From the human T2T-CHM13v2.0 reference genome, Homo sapiens, in NCBI RefSeq assembly GCF_009914755.1, contig NC_060926.1: a DNA stretch of 64,000 bases. One strand, 5' to 3'. Below, one piece after another: positions 1-13,720 of the stretch (its first letter is position 1; each line of letters begins with the position of its first letter). The position numbers and the translations under genes were made by a program. Under the pieces are notes generated by a model, which searched no databases, was not told the DNA's origin, and saw nothing but the letters and a program-made list of their open reading frames with translations.

Positions 1-30
1 GGCAGAGTTGATTTAGCATACTTCCTAAGG

Positions 31-374
31 TGTATTAGTCTGTTCTCATGCTGCTGATAAGGACATACTCAAGACTGGGCAATTTACAAAAGAAAGAGGT
101 TTAATGGACTTACAGTTCCACATGGCTGAGGAGGCCTCACAATCATGGTGGAAGGTGAAAGGCATGCCTCACATGGTGGCAGACAAGAGAAGAGAGCTTG
201 TGCAGGGAAATTCCTCTTTTTAAAACCATCACCTCTCATGAGACTTATTCACTATCACGAGAACATCATGGGAAAGACCTGCCCCCATGATTCAATTACC
301 TCCCACTGGTTCCCTCCTACAACATGTGGGAATTCAAGATGAGATTTGGATGGGGACACAGCCAAACCATATCA
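31..374 (-). mobile_element. THE1A-type MaLR solo LTR
   Basis: tgtattagtc...gccaaaccatatca ends; perfect 5-bp TSD TAAGG at 26-30 and 375-379. Confidence 0.93.
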
Positions 375-850
375 TAAGGGCTCTAGGATTTTGGGGTAAT
401 AAATGAGCATTCATTTCAGCTTAAAGTCATCAGTTGCATTAGCCCCTAAAAAGAGAATCAGCCTGTCTTTTGAAGATTTGAAGCTCAGACATTTACTTCT
501 CCTCTCTAGCTATGAAAGTCCCAGATGGCATCTTCTTGCAATAGAAAGCTGTTTTGTCGACATTGAAAATCTGTTGTCTAGGATAGCCTGCTTCATCAAT
601 AATCTTAGCTAGATCTTCTGGATAACTTGGTGCAGCTTCTACTTTGCATTTGCTGCTTCATCTTGCACTTTTATGTTATGGAGATGGCTTCTTTCCATAA
701 ACCTCATGAACAAACCTCTGCTGGCTTCAAATTGTTCTTCTGCAGCTTCTTTACCTTTCTTAGCCATCGTAGAATTGTAGAGTTAGGGCCTTTCTCTGGA
801 TTAGGCTTTGACTTAAGGGAATGTTATGGCTGGTTTAGTCTTCTACCTAG

Positions 851-1351
<501 letters not shown>

Positions 1352-1864
1352 TAATCACTGTTAGCTTTTGAATTAAAGTGAAAAACATGAAACTCTTCCT
1401 TCACTTGAATACTTAGAGGCTTTTGTAGGGTTATTAATTGACCTGATTTCCATGTTGTCATGTCTCAGGGAATAGGGTGGCCTGAGAAGAGGGAAAGAGA
1501 CTGGAGAATGGCCAGCCAGTGGAGCAGTCAGAACACATACAGCATTTCTTAATTAAGTTTGTCAACTTATATGAGCACCATTTTTGGTGCCCCAACACAA
1601 TGACAATATTAACATCAAATATCACTGATCACGGATCACCATAATAGATACAATGATAATTAGAAATTTTGAAATATTGTGAGGATTACCGAAATGGGAC
1701 AGAGACATTAAGTGAACATATGATTTTGGGAAAATGGTGCCAATAGAATTTCTGAAGGCTTCCACAAACCTTCGATTTGTTAAGAACAACAACAAAAAAG
1801 CATTATCTGTGAAGCGCAATATAGCAAAGTGCAATAAAACAAGGTACACCTGTATAGGTTATGG

Positions 1865-2050
1865 CTACTGGCTTTAGAGCCACTACCACTGTCCAAACTA
1901 TAGCTTGTGCAGCCTTAATCAAGTTTTTTAACTTCTTTGTCCTACAATATCCTCATCTGTACATTTTGGATTAAAATAAATTAAAAAAATTAATCTTAGC
2001 AAACTGTTTACTTACAACAATGCCTGGAAGACTGTAAGTACTCAATATTC
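1865..2050 (+). mobile_element. MIR fragment
   Basis: Core-like motifs cctcatctgta and acaatgcctgg...gtaagtactcaata. Confidence 0.55.
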
Positions 2051-2539
2051 TAGTTGTTTTAGAAGGAGTGGTTTTAAGACTTGCTATATTCCTGTAATGT
2101 TCTACATACCCCTTCTTGCTTTAGAAGGGATGATTTAAAAACATGCTGTATTCTTGTCAGAGAGCCAGGTACTAAAGCAGATTTATTATGAAGCTAATTA
2201 GAGTTGAATTTCAGGGTTCTGGACTTTCCAAGTCTCATCTACATTTTTTTATATTTTATTTCCTAAGAGCACACCCCAAATTGTATAACTCTGAGCCTGG
2301 TAAAACTTAGTTCCACCTCTGGTCAAGGTTGGTGGGCCCATTCCAGATAATTATTCATAACTATACTAGGATAATTTATTTAGCTCAGTTTACCAAGATG
2401 ACAAAAAGAAGAGTTGAGAAAGATTGAATACTGAGAAAAAATAATTTATTCAGTTTACTGTATACAAAACTTTGAGAGTAACTGTTTTATTCTTATTCTA
2501 TAAGAATAACTAATAATAGTTTTAAAATAGAGGAATCAG

Positions 2540-2646
2540 ATTGCTTAAGCTCTTGAGTTAAAGACTGCAGTAAGCAATGATCACACTACTGTACTCCAGT
2601 CTGGGTGACTAAGCAAGACCCTGTCTCAGGAAAAAAAAAAAAAAAA
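2540..2646 (+). mobile_element. 5'-truncated AluJ/FRAM-like fragment
   Basis: actgtactccagtctgggtgactaagcaagaccctgtctc followed by poly(A). Confidence 0.8.
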
Positions 2647-2974
2647 GAGAAATGGATGATTATACAGGGAAGTTTTGACCATAATGAAGTGTATAAAATG
2701 TTATTATTTCAACTGATGACTACAGAATTCCTCTAAGGGTACAGCTATCTTTGAGAAAAGAGCACAAAATTTTTGGAGTAGTATGTGGGACTTCCAGACC
2801 CTGGCTGGCTGGCCCTAAACTATGAAAGAAAGAAATTGCTCTCTAGACATAAAAAGAATGGGAATTCCCCCAAGTAGTCTGCAAAAGAGAAATTGAGGAA
2901 GAGGAAGGGAAGAAGAAGAGTAGCTGCACATTGTACAAAGTGACTACTTCCAGAGAGCCTTCCAAATTTTCTTT

Positions 2975-3223
2975 CTGGAGTGATCTCAGCTCACTGAAGC
3001 CTCAACCTCCTGGGCTCAAGTGATCCTCACACCTAAGTGTGTGGAGTAGCAGGGACGACAGGTGTGGGCCACCACATCCAGCTAATTACTTTTTTAAATT
3101 TTTTGTAAGGATGGGATTCCACCATGTTGCCCAGGCTGGTCTCAAACTCCTGGGCTCAAGTGATCCTCCCACCTAGCCCTTCCAAAGTGCTGGGATTACA
3201 GGTGTAAGCCACCAGGCCTGGCC
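2975..3223 (-). mobile_element. AluJ, partial
   Basis: ctcctgggctcaagtgatcctc occurs in both arms (AluJ-type); ends gccaccaggcctggcc. Confidence 0.88.
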
Positions 3224-3399
3224 TCTCCAAATTTTCAATAAAGCCTTTAGAATTCATAAAAGTTGTGGAAGTGAATATTTATTTTTGGAATCTGAAGAAG
3301 CAGTTGAGTTCCTCTGATGAGGAACTGAGTTAGCTTATGAGGATGCATGGCCTATGAAAATGTAATCACCCAGGGAATACATACAAATCTCAGGGAAGG

Positions 3400-4110
<711 letters not shown>

Positions 4111-4290
4111 TCCTCTGTGGACTTTGGACATCCATTGGCTCTGAAATTGACATGAATTTCAAGACAAGTTCAATAAATTTCTGAAGGTCAGAGAAACTCT
4201 CACCGTCTCCTGAATGGCATGACAGTATTTTATTTTGCTTTAAATTTGTCCTCACAAGGAATTGATTCTTTGTAAGAAAGACTTTATACA

Positions 4291-4401
4291 GCGCTGCTTT
4301 GGCAACATATATACTAAAATTGGAACAATACCGAGAATATTAGCATAGCCCTGTGCAAGGATGACATGCACATTTGTGAAGCATTATATATACATATTTT
4401 T
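4291..4401 (+). pseudogene. Full-length U6 snRNA retropseudogene (5' half of a U6/L1 chimera)
   Basis: gcgctgctttggcaacatatatactaaaattggaacaataccgagaatattagcatagccctgtgcaaggatgacatgcacatttgtgaagcatt aligns end to end with U6. The ACAGAGA box is mutated to ACCGAGA. Ends in 5 T. Confidence 0.95.
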
Positions 4402-4623
4402 ACAGGGTGACTATAGTCAATAATAATTTAATCATACCATTTAAAATAACTTAAAAAGTCTGATTGGATTGTTTGTAACACAAAGAATAAATGCTTGAGG
4501 GTGAATACCCTATCTTTCATGATGTGATTATTACACATAGCATATCTGTATCAAAACATCTCGTGTACCTCATAAATATATATACTACTATGTACCCACA
4601 AATATTAAAAATTAGAAAAAGAG
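4402..4623 (+). mobile_element. L1MA1/2-type 3' end fused to U6
   Basis: acagggtgactatagtcaataataattta...tatgtacccaca plus an A-rich tail. Shares TSD AAGAAAGACTTTATACA (4274-4290) and AAGAAAGTCTTCATACA (4624-4640) with U6. Confidence 0.9.
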
Positions 4624-6769
4624 AAGAAAGTCTTCATACAGATAGGCCTAGGGAATATGTTACTTGAGAGACTGATCTGTACTTTTCTCCTGAAACCTTC
4701 AGCTTCTAATGATTCTCTTCCAAATATCCATGTTCTATGTCCAAAGCATTTCTGGGGGGCATCTTAGGATGGTTTCTTCTTTGCATAACGCTATTAAACT
4801 AGTGTAAAATCTGTCACTCTTCAATTTTAATTACATAATCTTTTAAAATGGCATTTAATGACATCTAATTTATCCAAGAATTGCCTTTTTATTTTACTGC
4901 TGTTATTTCTGTTTCTCCAAGTCCATAATTTGCTGTACTGGAGTTTTATTCTTCTTGCTTTTGGAAAGAAAGACAAAAAATCCAGATGTAGTCCAAATAT
5001 AAACTGTTCACAGAATTACATAGATACCATTCCATTCCCAGTATAATATATGTAAACACATGGACATCTCTCACTCCAACTCTAATTGCTTCAGAGCTTA
5101 GCTGTTGAACCATTTTAAATAGCATTGAGTGGTCTCTGCAGGCATCACATGTGATATATGTAAGTATTCAATACATACCTATAGACTGGTACGTAGACAG
5201 GGGAAAGACTATCACTTACTTCACTTATTTTGAAATGATACACAGGTTTGATAGAAATAGAAATGTAAATAAATTCAATAATTTGGGGAAATACATATTA
5301 TTCTTTCAATAATTTCTCTAAAAGTTTTTAATTTTTGTTGTTTTTAACTCTTTCAATTATCTTTTTTTTTCCCTCATAGTTTCAATCCGAGTATTGAATT
5401 TTCTTTGGGCTGGTAACATTTTAGTTCCTTTCCAAGTGAACAATGACTTCTTTTTCTTCTACCTTTTTAATGTCCACAATAGAATCTCTAATACTGGGGG
5501 CCATCCCAGCCTCCACGATTATGAAGACAGCACTGGTTCTCTTCCTTCATAGTTCCACAAGGGTTATCAACCTGCTTTTTCTCTACTTCAGGTGGAAGTG
5601 TTTCTTCTGAACCAATTATCTTCCTATCTTTGTCCTCTGAAGAATCGGTTTTCCACTCCCAGTTATTTTCTTTCTTAGGGTAAGTTTTATGTCTGGGTCA
5701 TTTTGCTTATTTCTCTACCCTCTTAAAAACTGAATTCCTCTGCCTTAGAGAATTCTCAACTTCATGTCTTATTTGACATGTTTAAAATTTCTTCGATTCT
5801 AAGGGAATTTTGTCTTACTGGTATGTGAGAAGCGCAAAACAGGTCATCACTTCAAAAACACAGAAACATATGTTACCTGAAGAAAGAACCCACGGCTGCA
5901 TTTTGCAGATACTGTAAAAAAAACATCTTGTAAGTGAATTATCCAACTACTGTGTTTTATCTTCCCTTATCCACTACTAGGTACAAATTCTGGAAATTAT
6001 TGAACTCTGAAAACACTTCACCAATGATTATGAAGGAGTTATTTTTAACTTGACCATTTTTGTAATTCATTGGCCATACCCTGATATTCATCTTCCTAAC
6101 AACACTAAAGATGACTGACTACCTACAAGGAAACTGATTCTTTGTGGAAATAACTTCTAATAACTAAACATTTGTCTCAATAGCTTCAATTTTTTTAGGA
6201 AAGGTTGATAGTTGTCAAAAAAATACCTGATGTAGGAGGAAAGTGAAAGGACACTGTCATCTAGAGAACTGGAAGGGAGTAAATGATGGCCTTTGACCTA
6301 CCCTTGAAAGAGTTGTTCTTGTATAATACAATCAATTAAGAAGAAGGAGCCAGGGTAATTCTATGGGTAAATACAGTCTTTCTTAGCTATGGGGCAAGGG
6401 AGTGGGGTTAGCAGGTGTGTGTATGTTGTAGGGGATTGCTTCATTCAGGCTTTTCCCCAAACTCCAGTCCCAGGAAGAGAGAATTCAAAACCAAGCAAAA
6501 ATTGTTAAGACTTCACTGGAGTATCTATCCACCTCCTCTGACCTGAGAGTAAAATCAGGAAAGCATATACAGCAGCAAATTTGGCAAGGGAAGGCCTTGG
6601 CCTCATGCCCTATCCTGGGCTAGCAAGAGTACTTTATCCTTTACCCTATACATATGGAATTGCTATGGTTTCTTCAACCCTCTCAGTTGAGGCATTGTAA
6701 GTGGAATATTTTAACAGCCTTCCTAGAGTGATGGGATTCAAATCAATCCAGAGAAGCAGTGTTACACCC

Positions 6770-7146
6770 TGTTATGTTTTGGCTGTGTCCCCACACCCAA
6801 ATGTCATTGTCAATTGTAGTTCCTATAATCACCATATGTGGTGGGAAGGACCAGGTGGAGAGAATTGAATCATGGGGGCTGTTTCCCCCATCCTGTTCTC
6901 ATGATAGTGAGTGAGTTCTCATGAGATCTGATGGTTTTATAAGGGTCTTCCCCCTTCACTGGGTTCTCATTTCTTCTCCTATCATAATGTGAAGAAGGAC
7001 TTGTTTGCTTCCCCTTCCGCTATGATTGTAAGTTTCCTGAGGACTGTCTAGCCATGTGGAACTGTGACTCAACTAAACCTCTTTCCTTTATAAATTACCC
7101 TGTCTCAGGTATGTCTTTATTAGTAGTGTGAGAACAGATTAATATA
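6770..7146 (+). mobile_element. THE1C-type MaLR solo LTR
   Basis: tgttatgttttggctgtgtcccca...gagaacagattaatata; TSD CACCC at 6765-6769 and 7147-7151. Confidence 0.9.
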
Positions 7147-7689
7147 CACCCACTCTGCAGGGAGGTCGGTGCAAAGCAAGCCAGGATAGCCTTGGATTGC
7201 ATGGGCTACAGAGGGGAAAGTGTTGGTAGGTTGTAAGTGATTAGGCAGTGATTAGGTACTTATCGACCAAAGGACAGAAATTCAACTGTAGGGAATCCAG
7301 GCCTCCTAGTGGTTGATACTCAGCTGTGGTTTAGGTAAAACTTCCTAAATGTGTTACTCTGCTTTGTTCAATGATAACAGATTCACTTATATTTCTTTTC
7401 CCTGCCCTGTCCCCGACCCGCAGCCCTCGGCATCGTTTCTGCACAGTTAAGCAGTGTCTTACTGTCTGCCTTCCAGTCACTCCATACCCATGTCCAATAA
7501 AGAGCAGTGACATTATTCAACACACTTACTGAGAGTAAGAGACTTTGTAGCTTATAACAGCCATATTGATATTCATGCTTATTATTTTATACAGTTACAG
7601 GTGATACTAAAACACTTTTCAGTAAGAAGAATTCGTTTAACATCTAACCATCCAATATTAACCACTGAGAATAGAAATAATAGTAAGAA

Positions 7690-8770
7690 TAATAAAACAT
7701 GGGCACTGCCCTCAAAGAGTTTATAATCTAATGGGGGGCAGGCAAGTAAACAAATTATTATAATGTAGTGTGATATTAACTTACACAGAGAGCAGAGAAG
7801 AAGGGCCTCTAACACAGACTTAAGGTAGAAGGATAAGGAATAGAGTAAAAGGAAATTATTACCAGTGCAGAATTCTTGGAGGAAAATGTGCCTACTTCCT
7901 GTTCACAAGGATGAATAGAAAATATTCAAAATGGGCATAAGATGACAAACAAGGCAGAGAATCCAGAGAAAACATGGTATACCCTGGGGAACTGCTAAGT
8001 AGGGCTTGAACACAACATACTGGATCAGGCACAGTTTGAGCTGAGTCAGGAGGGACAGGCTGGCATGGGATCATGGAGAGCCTTAGACACCATGACCAGG
8101 ATCCCAGCATCTAACAAGAGGGAAGATAGAGAACCAATGAATGATGCTGTGGGCTGAATTATACCTGCTCCCCCAGTCCCATGGGGTGAGTCCTCACATC
8201 CAGTGTCACTATTTAGAGACAGGGCTTTTAGGAGGTAATTAAGATTAAATGAGGTCATAAGGATGGAGTCCTAATCTGATGGGATTGGTGGCTTTATAAG
8301 AAGGGGATGAGAGAAATCTCTCTCTCCAAGTGCATGTGCCAAGGAAAGGCCCTGTGAGGACACAGCGAGAAGTTGGATCTGAAAGCCAGGAAGAGAGTCC
8401 TCACTAGAACCCAACCATGCTGATGCCCTAATCGCAGACTTCCAGATACAAGAACTGTAAGAAAATCGGTTTCTGTTGCTTAAGCCATCTAGTCTGTAGT
8501 ATTTTATTACAGTAACCTGCGCCTACAAAGACAAATGATGTCAAACAAGAGAGTGGCATGTGTGTCACATGATGTGTATTAAATGAAGAGTGTGCTTAGG
8601 GTAGCTAGTAGATTGCAAAAGGAGTAAAACTGAAGGTGGAAGATCATTTAGGACAGTATCTACTAACCATCCAGATTACAAGTAAGGAGAGTTTCAACTA
8701 AGGTGTGGGCATAAAGACTGAGTGAAGACATTGGAGTTTGCTGAATTAGAGACACAATGGATGTTGTAGG
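7690..8770 (-). mobile_element. L2 fragments, interrupted by MLT1A
   Basis: ctgccctcaaagagtttataatctaatgggg and later purine-rich antisense L2-like tracts. Confidence 0.55.
8145..8533 (+). mobile_element. MLT1A-type MaLR solo LTR
   Basis: tgctgtgggctgaatt...aagaca; TSD AATGA at 8140-8144 and 8534-8538. Confidence 0.88.
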
Positions 8771-9204
8771 TAAGCGTTTAAGGTCACAAAGTTAAATTAT
8801 GTCTTATACTATGGTTTAGTTGAAGAAACCTTTTTCGACAAATTGTCCATTTGGTGTATAAGCCAGACCAGCTTAATCAGACGCAGGAAAGCTGCAGTGT
8901 GTCACAAAATGTTGAAAGCAAATGCAAGAGGGAAGACATCATGATCAACGACTTGCTGTGGATTCCTGTTCTTCTTAGAGGCTGTTTCATTCTCTCATGG
9001 CTCAGTGCAGAAGCCAGTGTCAATCCAAGTTTTAACTGTCTGAAAAGCTTGATTTCATTCTTGATGTTTTAATATTTTCTCTCTCCACTTTCGATGCTCC
9101 CCTGTGGGCTGTGCATCCCACTCTGAAGAAGACTGGCATAACTGATGTTGCCAGTCGGTGAGCTGAGTATGATAAAAAAAAGGGAGAGCACATTTTTAGG
9201 TGTT

Positions 9205-9306
9205 CTTTCCCTAGTGTATGTCTTTGTCAACTTTGTCATAGATCAGTTGGCTCTAGATACATGGCTTTATTTCTGAGTTCTCTATTCTCTTCCATCAACC
9301 TGTGTC
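9205..9306 (-). mobile_element. Short L1M ORF2 fragment
   Basis: ctttgtcatagatcagttggctctagatacatggctttatttctgagttctctattct is typical antisense L1. Confidence 0.7.
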
Positions 9307-10727
9307 AACAAATATTCTTAGTAGCCATAAATAAAGGGAAAAGTATTAGAAAATAATGTAGTAGGAAATAGAATAAGACTTCTGTAAAGTGTCTTCGTGG
9401 GACAAGTGTCCTCAGAAATTCTCCATAAAAAGGAAACAAAAAAGATATGATGGCTTAAGAGAATAAAAGATACAACAAGAATGTATTGAATGTAATGTTT
9501 CCAATAGAATAAATTTAAATATATAAATATATATATATAACATATGTATATACACACACGTGTGTATGTATATTTAACGCTAACAAAATACTATAAAATA
9601 TCATTAGAGGATAAATCTAAAATATATAAATATCCAATAACAAACTAGTACATAAAAAGTACTCAATAAAATTAGGCACTTATAATTCTACATGATATAA
9701 TTTACCGTTTTTGATTATTGGAAGTTAAAAATAATAGATTTAAGTACACAATACTTAAAGTTTCACAGTCATAACAAATTGGAACACAGACAGATTTAGA
9801 AATCATTTTACAACCACATGTAGAAATCATAGGATCACAAAATATTAGTGCTGAGAGGAATTTTAAAGAGCATTTAAATGTTCCTTTTATAGATGTGGAA
9901 ATGGCATAAATCTGTTAGGTTTCTTCTGAATGGCCTACATGTTGAATGGAGAGTTTGCCTCCCATGACATGTGGTATTTTACTGGAGAAGAAAGAAATAA
10001 TATACAGTAAAGTGAAGAATTGTTTGTGGTTGACTTAGAATGTTTTACAAGAAATAAGAAGGGCATGTTTAAATTACTTACAAGAGAAAGTGTCCTAAAG
10101 GCAAGAGTAATTTAACAATGGAATAGCCACCCGAAGAGGTCATTGAGAAAACATCAATAAGACATTCAGAAAGAGATTAAATATAATTCTAAAGGGAATA
10201 ATATAAGTGTCTGGCAATAACATGCACTAGGTACAGAGGTCTGAATACAATGACCTGTCATTTTCCCCATAGTCCCTGTGTCCATGATTCAAGTAAAATA
10301 ATCATGAGAGCAAATAGAGGTAAGGTGAGCATCAAAGGGGAAAAATTGTGAGACAAAATAAGATATGACTACCAGAACTGACGTGGTAGCACAGAAGAAA
10401 ACAATTCTTTCTGAGACTAAAAGCTTTCTAAGCAGCATTCTGGTGGTAGTTTTGGCTGCTTTCGTCTACAGGAGCAATGGCAAGAAACTCACTCGCCTTT
10501 CTGTCAAAATTCCCATGATTTTATTTTATTTTTCCTAATCTGTAACAGAAGCACTGTATGCCTTTAAGTTATTATGCCCGCATCATGGAAGGGATAGCCA
10601 GAGAAAGGAACTTCTACAAAACCCCAAATCTGGTCAGAACTAACATCCAATGCCCTTAGTAATTTATGAAGGTTTATGCTGGTAGCAATAATGTTACTAT
10701 GCAGAATCATAAAATTAGAAAATGTTT

Positions 10728-11086
10728 TGTCTTAGTCTGTTCAGTCTACTATAACAAAATACCATAGACTGGGTCATATAAACAACAGACATTTATTTCT
10801 CACTACTTTGGAGACTGGAAAGTTGAAGATCAATCACTGGCAGACTCAGTGTCTGGTGAGAGCTCACTTCCTGGTTTGAAGATAGCTATCTTCTAGTTGT
10901 GTCCTCACATGGCAGAAGGGATGAGAGATCTCTCTGGGGTCTCTTTTTATAACTAATCCCATTTATGAGGGCTCCACCCTAACGACCTGATCACCTCCAA
11001 AAGGCCCCATATCCTAATGGCATCACATAGGGGGTTAGGATTTCAACATCTGAATTTGGAGGTGACACAAACATTAAGACCATGCA
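10728..11086 (-). mobile_element. MLT1A0-type solo LTR
   Basis: tgtcttagtctgttcag...acaaacattaagaccatgca; TSD TGTTT/TGTCT (4 of 5 match). Confidence 0.88.
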
Positions 11087-11137
11087 TGTCTCAACTGAAA
11101 GTAACTTTAAACATCCATAGGCATAAAACGTCATGTA

Positions 11138-11508
<371 letters not shown>

Positions 11509-11519
11509 CTATATAAGAA

Positions 11520-12230
11520 TAAAATCACACACACCATTATCCACATCAGAATGAGCCAAACACACTCTAGGAAAATATAGGTGAACATTATCTCACTGTG
11601 TGAAAAATCTTTCTAAGCAGGAAATGAAACCCAGAAACTATATGAGAAAATAATGTTGATTTTTGATTACATTAAAATTTTTAAATTTTGCATGTCAAAA
11701 ATCAATACAAATAAGATTGAAAATCAAGTAACAAGGTGAAAAAATGAATTTGAAAATTATATTAAAGGCAAAAGTTAACACATGTACTATATACAAAGCC
11801 TTTGAAATTCACAAGAGAGGTAAACATTCAGTTTTTCCACACTGAGAAAATTTTCAGATAATCACTTATGTACTCTTGCATAGATACAAATAGCTGGTGA
11901 ACATAAACTTCACAAATCAAAAATGTGAATTAAATATGACATATCTTTCAGTGATCAAGAGGTAAATATTCTTTAAAAATAACACATAATTTTGATGAGA
12001 ATACATAAAACAAATAGCCATATACCATTGAGGGTATACAAAATGTATGAAAAGTTTCTGAAGAATAATTTGGGAACATAGATCAAAACCTTTGAATTTT
12101 GTATGTGTTTTCACCCAAAATTCTAAATATTTTTCAAAAGAAAGTAATTATGAGCAAGAAAGGAATATTATTACAAGGATATTTATCCTGTCACTGTTCA
12201 AGGCAAAGCAAAATGAGATAACTTTGATAA
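11520..12230 (+). mobile_element. Highly diverged L1M(E) ORF2 remnant
   Basis: A-rich, with motifs such as tttgattacattaaaatttttaaattttgcatgtcaaaa. Confidence 0.6.
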
Positions 12231-13169
12231 AGTTTTCCTGGTGACCCCTGTGTGGCTCCCCGTGCTTATTCTCTAATTCCACACAAATCACTTTCACTAA
12301 ACAACATGTCTAGACTTTTATAAGCCTTCAGTATAAAAGTTCCTCTCTGAATTTTATGGGATTCATTTTATATTGCTAGACTCTTGGGTATCTTTGAGAA
12401 GTGATAGAAGAAAAAGTTTACGTGCAGTGTAAATAAGTGCTGTACAATTAACCATAGAAAAATAATTTCTAAAGTCCTGTTTTCCAAGACATTTTCCAAG
12501 ACATTTTAAGAAAATATTTATGTTAGGTATACAAGTATCTAAGATATTCCCTGAATGGCAATAATTTTAGGCATATTCTTAATGTTTCCTTGTGATTATG
12601 TTTTTCAAAATAATTCAAGTTTAAGTTGCTTAAAAATAAAGCAGTATCAGAACTTTCTGAATATGAATTTGAAAACCCTAACTGAAAGGAGCATACAAAA
12701 GCCCCTTTGATGGCAATTAATTGAAAATGGTTTAGTGCTTTGGTATTTCCTTTTGGAAGATTCTACTGTTAAACATAAAGTAGAAAAATTTCTGTTCTTT
12801 TACCTTATATTCATGTTGTCACTTAACTCTAAGTGTTTAAATTATAAAACACTGAAATAAATATCATGAAAGGAAGAATAATCAATATAATTTTTTAAAG
12901 AGTATAGGATTTTTTCTTATTTCAAACATTTTTAAAAGAATGTTTGATTGCTTTGTAAGTTTGTTTCTTTAATTTTATTATCAAATGGGATCTTGAAACT
13001 ATGGTGAACACTTTGTTTATATAGTAGTGCATATTCCTGGGAAGGCATGTTATCATTCTTATTAAGGTATGATTACTTATTAGGTAGATGGCATATATAA
13101 TGGGGTTTCATTGCCAAAAAAAATCTGAAAAGAAGGAACCTGTGGACTTATTTTTATATCGGTTATTAA

Positions 13170-13720
13170 GTAATTAATTAAACAAATTTTATTGAGTTTC
13201 TAGTCTGATCTAGTCACCAGTTTAGGTAGGGAAGATATTGTTTCTGTCCAGAATGAGTTGAGTATAATATGAAGATGCTAATGAAATATAAAATTGAATA
13301 ATTTTAATTTGAGTAATTATTACTTTTATAATGACATAAACAAAGTATATGGGACCCTACAAGGACTGCTCTGATTTATGTAGGGGTTTATTGAAGAAAT
13401 CACAGAGACAATTGCCTTTGATCTGAGACCTGACATAGCAAGCTGTGTTCATAAGAAGGTAGGTGTGGTGTTAACATCACAGCTTGATCAGGGACACAGA
13501 GATTTAAAAGAACACAGTAGGTTCTAGAAATGCCAGTAGCTTAATATTGTTGTGCCAAGAATGGCAGAAGATAGGACTGGACAAGTTAGGTGAAAAATGT
13601 TCTTGATCTGTGAAGGATTCCTATGCTCACAACCATGTTGTGGTAGTTGAGAGGAGGGCAGACAAGCAGCTTGGGCCGGGGACCAGCCACACCATCTCAA
13701 GAAGTCAGATATTACAATCC
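13170..13720 (-). mobile_element. L2 remnant
   Basis: aaacaaattttattgagtttctag (antisense L2 3' end) and tttgatctgagacctga. Confidence 0.5.

Noticed and set aside
4291-4401. Functional U6 gene
   Set aside because: Many substitutions including the ACAGAGA box, flanking TSDs, fusion to L1, and no recognisable upstream PSE.
9520-9575. Alternating purine-pyrimidine tract with palindrome ACACACGTGTGT
   Set aside because: Self-complementarity is expected in (TA)/(CA)/(TG) microsatellites.
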